Shown here: piece after piece, positions 1-853 of the stretch
How the letters are laid out: every line of letters begins with the position of its first letter
How positions within the stretch are numbered: the stretch's first letter is position 1
Sequence record: AB218927.1
Source: a phage
Reading direction: 5' to 3' (one strand)
Length of the DNA: 853 nt
The notes under the pieces: generated by a model
What the model was told of the DNA's origin: nothing
Seen by the model: only the letters and a program-made list of their open reading frames with translations
The model's database searches: none
Program-made: the position numbers and the translations under genes

Positions 1-27
1 TTCGAGCTCGGTACCCGGGGGCGCGCC
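1..27. other. Cloning-vector polylinker, 5' flank: SacI GAGCTC 4-9, KpnI GGTACC 10-15, SmaI/XmaI CCCGGG 14-19, AscI GGCGCGCC 20-27
   Basis: Directly read restriction-site string TTCGAGCTCGGTACCCGGGGGCGCGCC, identical to the EcoRI-proximal end of a pUC19/pNEB193-type multiple cloning site as I recall it. The phage-derived sequence begins immediately after the AscI site. Confidence 0.85.
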
Positions 28-28
28 G

Positions 29-79
29 CTTCACTTAGCGAATGCATTAGCCTTAATCAACCAACGCCTGAAAAGGTAA
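29..79 (+). CDS. 3' end of maturation (A) protein gene, 5'-truncated at the cloning junction (C-terminal residues LHLANALALINQRLKR, stop TAA 77-79)
   Basis: Open frame from the insert boundary to TAA at 77-79, ending 16 nt before the coat ATG, which is the expected position for the A-protein terminus in levivirus gene order (mat-coat-lysis-rep). I cannot confirm the C-terminal residues from memory, so this call is positional. Confidence 0.45.
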   Translation, partial: LHLANALALINQRLKR

Positions 80-83
80 TTAC

Positions 84-87
84 GGAG
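84..87 (+). promoter_or_regulatory. Shine-Dalgarno-like GGAG for the coat gene, 8 nt upstream of ATG 96
   Basis: GGAG at 84-87 with appropriate spacing to the coat start codon. Confidence 0.5.
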
Positions 88-95
88 TTAGCCAT

Positions 96-488
96 ATGGC
101 AACTTTACGCAGTTTCGTACTCGTCGATAATGGCGGTACGGGGAATGTTACTGTCGTTCCTGTTAGCAATGCCAACGGCGTCGCTGAGTGGCTTTCTAAT
201 AACTCGCGCAGTCAAGCTTATCGCGTGACTGCCAGTTATCGTGCGTCAGGCGCGGACAAGCGCAAATACACCATCAAACTCGAAGTACCGAAAATCGTTA
301 CTCAAGTTGTTAATGGTGTCGAGCTGCCTGTTTCCGCATGGAAGGCTTACGCCTCTATTGACCTGACCATCCCTATCTTTGCTGCAACCGATGATGTGAC
401 CGTTATTTCCAAGTCACTCGCCGGCCTGTTCAAAGTTGGGAACCCTATCGCTGACGCTATCTCTTCTCAGAGTGGCTTCTACGCGTAA
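96..488 (+). CDS. cp: Coat (capsid) protein of a GA-type group II ssRNA coliphage, complete, 130 aa
   Basis: Translation MATLRSFVLVDNGGTGNVTVVPVSNANGVAEWLSNNSRSQAYRV...TIPIFAATDD...GNPIADAISSQSGFYA matches the phage GA coat protein as I recall it, nearly residue for residue. It also shares the conserved levivirus coat motifs seen in MS2 (FVLVDNGGTG, ANGVAEW, NSRSQAY, ELTIPIF, GNPI). ATG 96, stop TAA 486-488. Confidence 0.95.
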   Translation: MATLRSFVLVDNGGTGNVTVVPVSNANGVAEWLSNNSRSQAYRVTASYRASGADKRKYTIKLEVPKIVTQVVNGVELPVSAWKAYASIDLTIPIFAATDDVTVISKSLAGLFKVGNPIADAISSQSGFYA

Positions 489-679
489 TGGGTCTGAAAG
501 CAAAGCATAAGGAAAACCTATGTTCCGATTCACAGAGATCGAAAAGACTCTATGTATGGATCGCACTCGCGATTGTGCTGTCCGATTTCACGTCTATCTT
601 CAGTCACTGGATTTGGGGTCTTCTGATCCTCATTCTCCGGACTTTGATGGACTTGCCTACCTTCGTGATGAATGTTTAA
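488..679 (+). CDS. L: Lysis protein L (single-gene lysis protein), complete, 63 aa; start ATG 488-490 overlaps coat stop TAA 486-488
   Basis: The ORF sits in the position of levivirus L, spanning the coat-replicase junction in a third frame. It has a basic N-terminal region (KAKHK...RSKR) followed by a hydrophobic transmembrane-like segment. RSKRLYVWIALAIVLSDFTSIFS aligns with MS2 L RSSTLYVLIFLAIFLSKFTNQLL, including the conserved Leu-Ser dipeptide (codons at 578-583). Confidence 0.85.
   Translation: MGLKAKHKENLCSDSQRSKRLYVWIALAIVLSDFTSIFSHWIWGLLILILRTLMDLPTFVMNV
504..524 (+). promoter_or_regulatory. Translational operator RNA hairpin (coat-protein binding site) containing the replicase start codon
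   Basis: AGCAUAAGGAAAACCUAUGUU folds as follows: upper stem G511-C518 and G512-C517, 4-nt loop AAAA (513-516), bulged A510, lower stem A509-U519, U508-A520, A507-U521, C506-G522 (plus G505-U523 and A504-U524). This has the same architecture as the MS2 operator ACAUGAGGAUUACCCAUGU, with the replicase AUG (520-522) in the 3' arm of the lower stem and the SD-like AGGA in the 5' arm and loop. Confidence 0.8.
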
Positions 680-810
680 CTAAACATCCCTCACTTGGAG
701 ACAGTAATTCGGACGCACGCCGTAAGGAATTGGCATATGCCAAACTTATGGATAGTGATCAAAGATGCAAAATCCAAAACAGTAACGGATACGACTACTC
801 TCATATCGAG
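520..810 (+). CDS. rep: RNA-dependent RNA polymerase (replicase beta subunit), N-terminal ~97 codons, 3'-truncated at the insert/vector junction
   Basis: ATG 520-522 lies 6 nt after GGA 511-513. Translation MFRFTEIEKTLCMDRTRDCAVRFHVYLQSLDLGSSDPHSPDFDGLAYLRDECLTKHPSLGDSNSDARRKELAYAKLMDSDQRCKIQNSNGYDYSHIE aligns with the MS2 replicase N-terminus (SLCIDLPRD; GSGDPHSDDFTAIAYLRDELLTKHPTLG; AIAKLREANDRC). The frame has no stop through position 853, so it is absent from the supplied ORF track. Phage-derived sequence ends at about 810. Confidence 0.9.
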
Positions 811-853
811 TTAATTAAGTCTAGAGTCGACTGTTTAAACCTGCAGGCATGCA
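811..853. other. Cloning-vector polylinker, 3' flank: PacI TTAATTAA 811-818, XbaI 820-825, SalI 826-831, PmeI GTTTAAAC 833-840, SbfI 840-847 / PstI 841-846, SphI 847-852
   Basis: Directly read string TTAATTAAGTCTAGAGTCGACTGTTTAAACCTGCAGGCATGCA. The order PacI-XbaI-SalI-PmeI-SbfI/PstI-SphI, together with AscI on the other flank, matches the pNEB193 (pUC19-derived) polylinker as I recall it. Confidence 0.85.

Noticed and set aside
28-95. A third open frame across the 5' insert region (ASLSECISLNQPTPEKVITELAIW...) with no stop before the coat start
   Set aside because: It has no start codon or ribosome-binding context and begins at the vector junction. The frame ending at TAA 77-79 is the better candidate for the maturation-protein C-terminus.
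488-679. Small hydrophobic ORF as a candidate novel toxin, holin or defence-system effector
   Set aside because: Sequence similarity to MS2 L, and its position straddling a levivirus coat-replicase junction with the operator hairpin, make it the known phage lysis protein rather than a novel system.
1-853. Minus-strand coding potential
   Set aside because: The supplied six-frame track shows no minus-strand ORFs, and levivirus genomes encode proteins only on the plus strand.
1-853. CRISPR arrays, tandem repeats, tRNA or rRNA genes, insertion-sequence ends
   Set aside because: No direct repeats with spacers, no long inverted terminal repeats and no tRNA-like cloverleaf candidates were seen. 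The only repeats are short palindromes attributable to restriction sites or local RNA hairpins.
1-853. A previously undescribed biological system, as the prompt suggested
   Set aside because: Every segment of the window is accounted for by vector polylinker or by well-characterised levivirus genes and RNA elements. I see no unexplained ORF or structure.

Overview
This window is not native cellular DNA. It is a cloned cDNA fragment (about 28-810) of a group II ssRNA coliphage of the GA type (family Fiersviridae/Leviviridae), sitting in a pUC-type polylinker. The flanks read SacI-KpnI-SmaI-AscI at the 5' end and PacI-XbaI-SalI-PmeI-SbfI/PstI-SphI at the 3' end, which matches the pNEB193 polylinker as I recall it. 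The insert carries, in plus-strand sense: the last 16 codons of the maturation (A) protein gene, the complete coat protein gene (96-488), the complete lysis (L) gene (488-679) whose ATG shares a base with the coat stop (TAATG), the coat-protein-binding translational operator hairpin (504-524), and the 5' part of the replicase gene (from 520), which is cut off at the insert/vector junction and reads on through the polylinker. All three forward frames are used. I find no evidence of a novel or undescribed system: everything here is explained by well-characterised levivirus biology plus cloning-vector sequence. Identifications rest on my recollection of the GA and MS2 protein sequences and of the vector polylinker; no database search was run.
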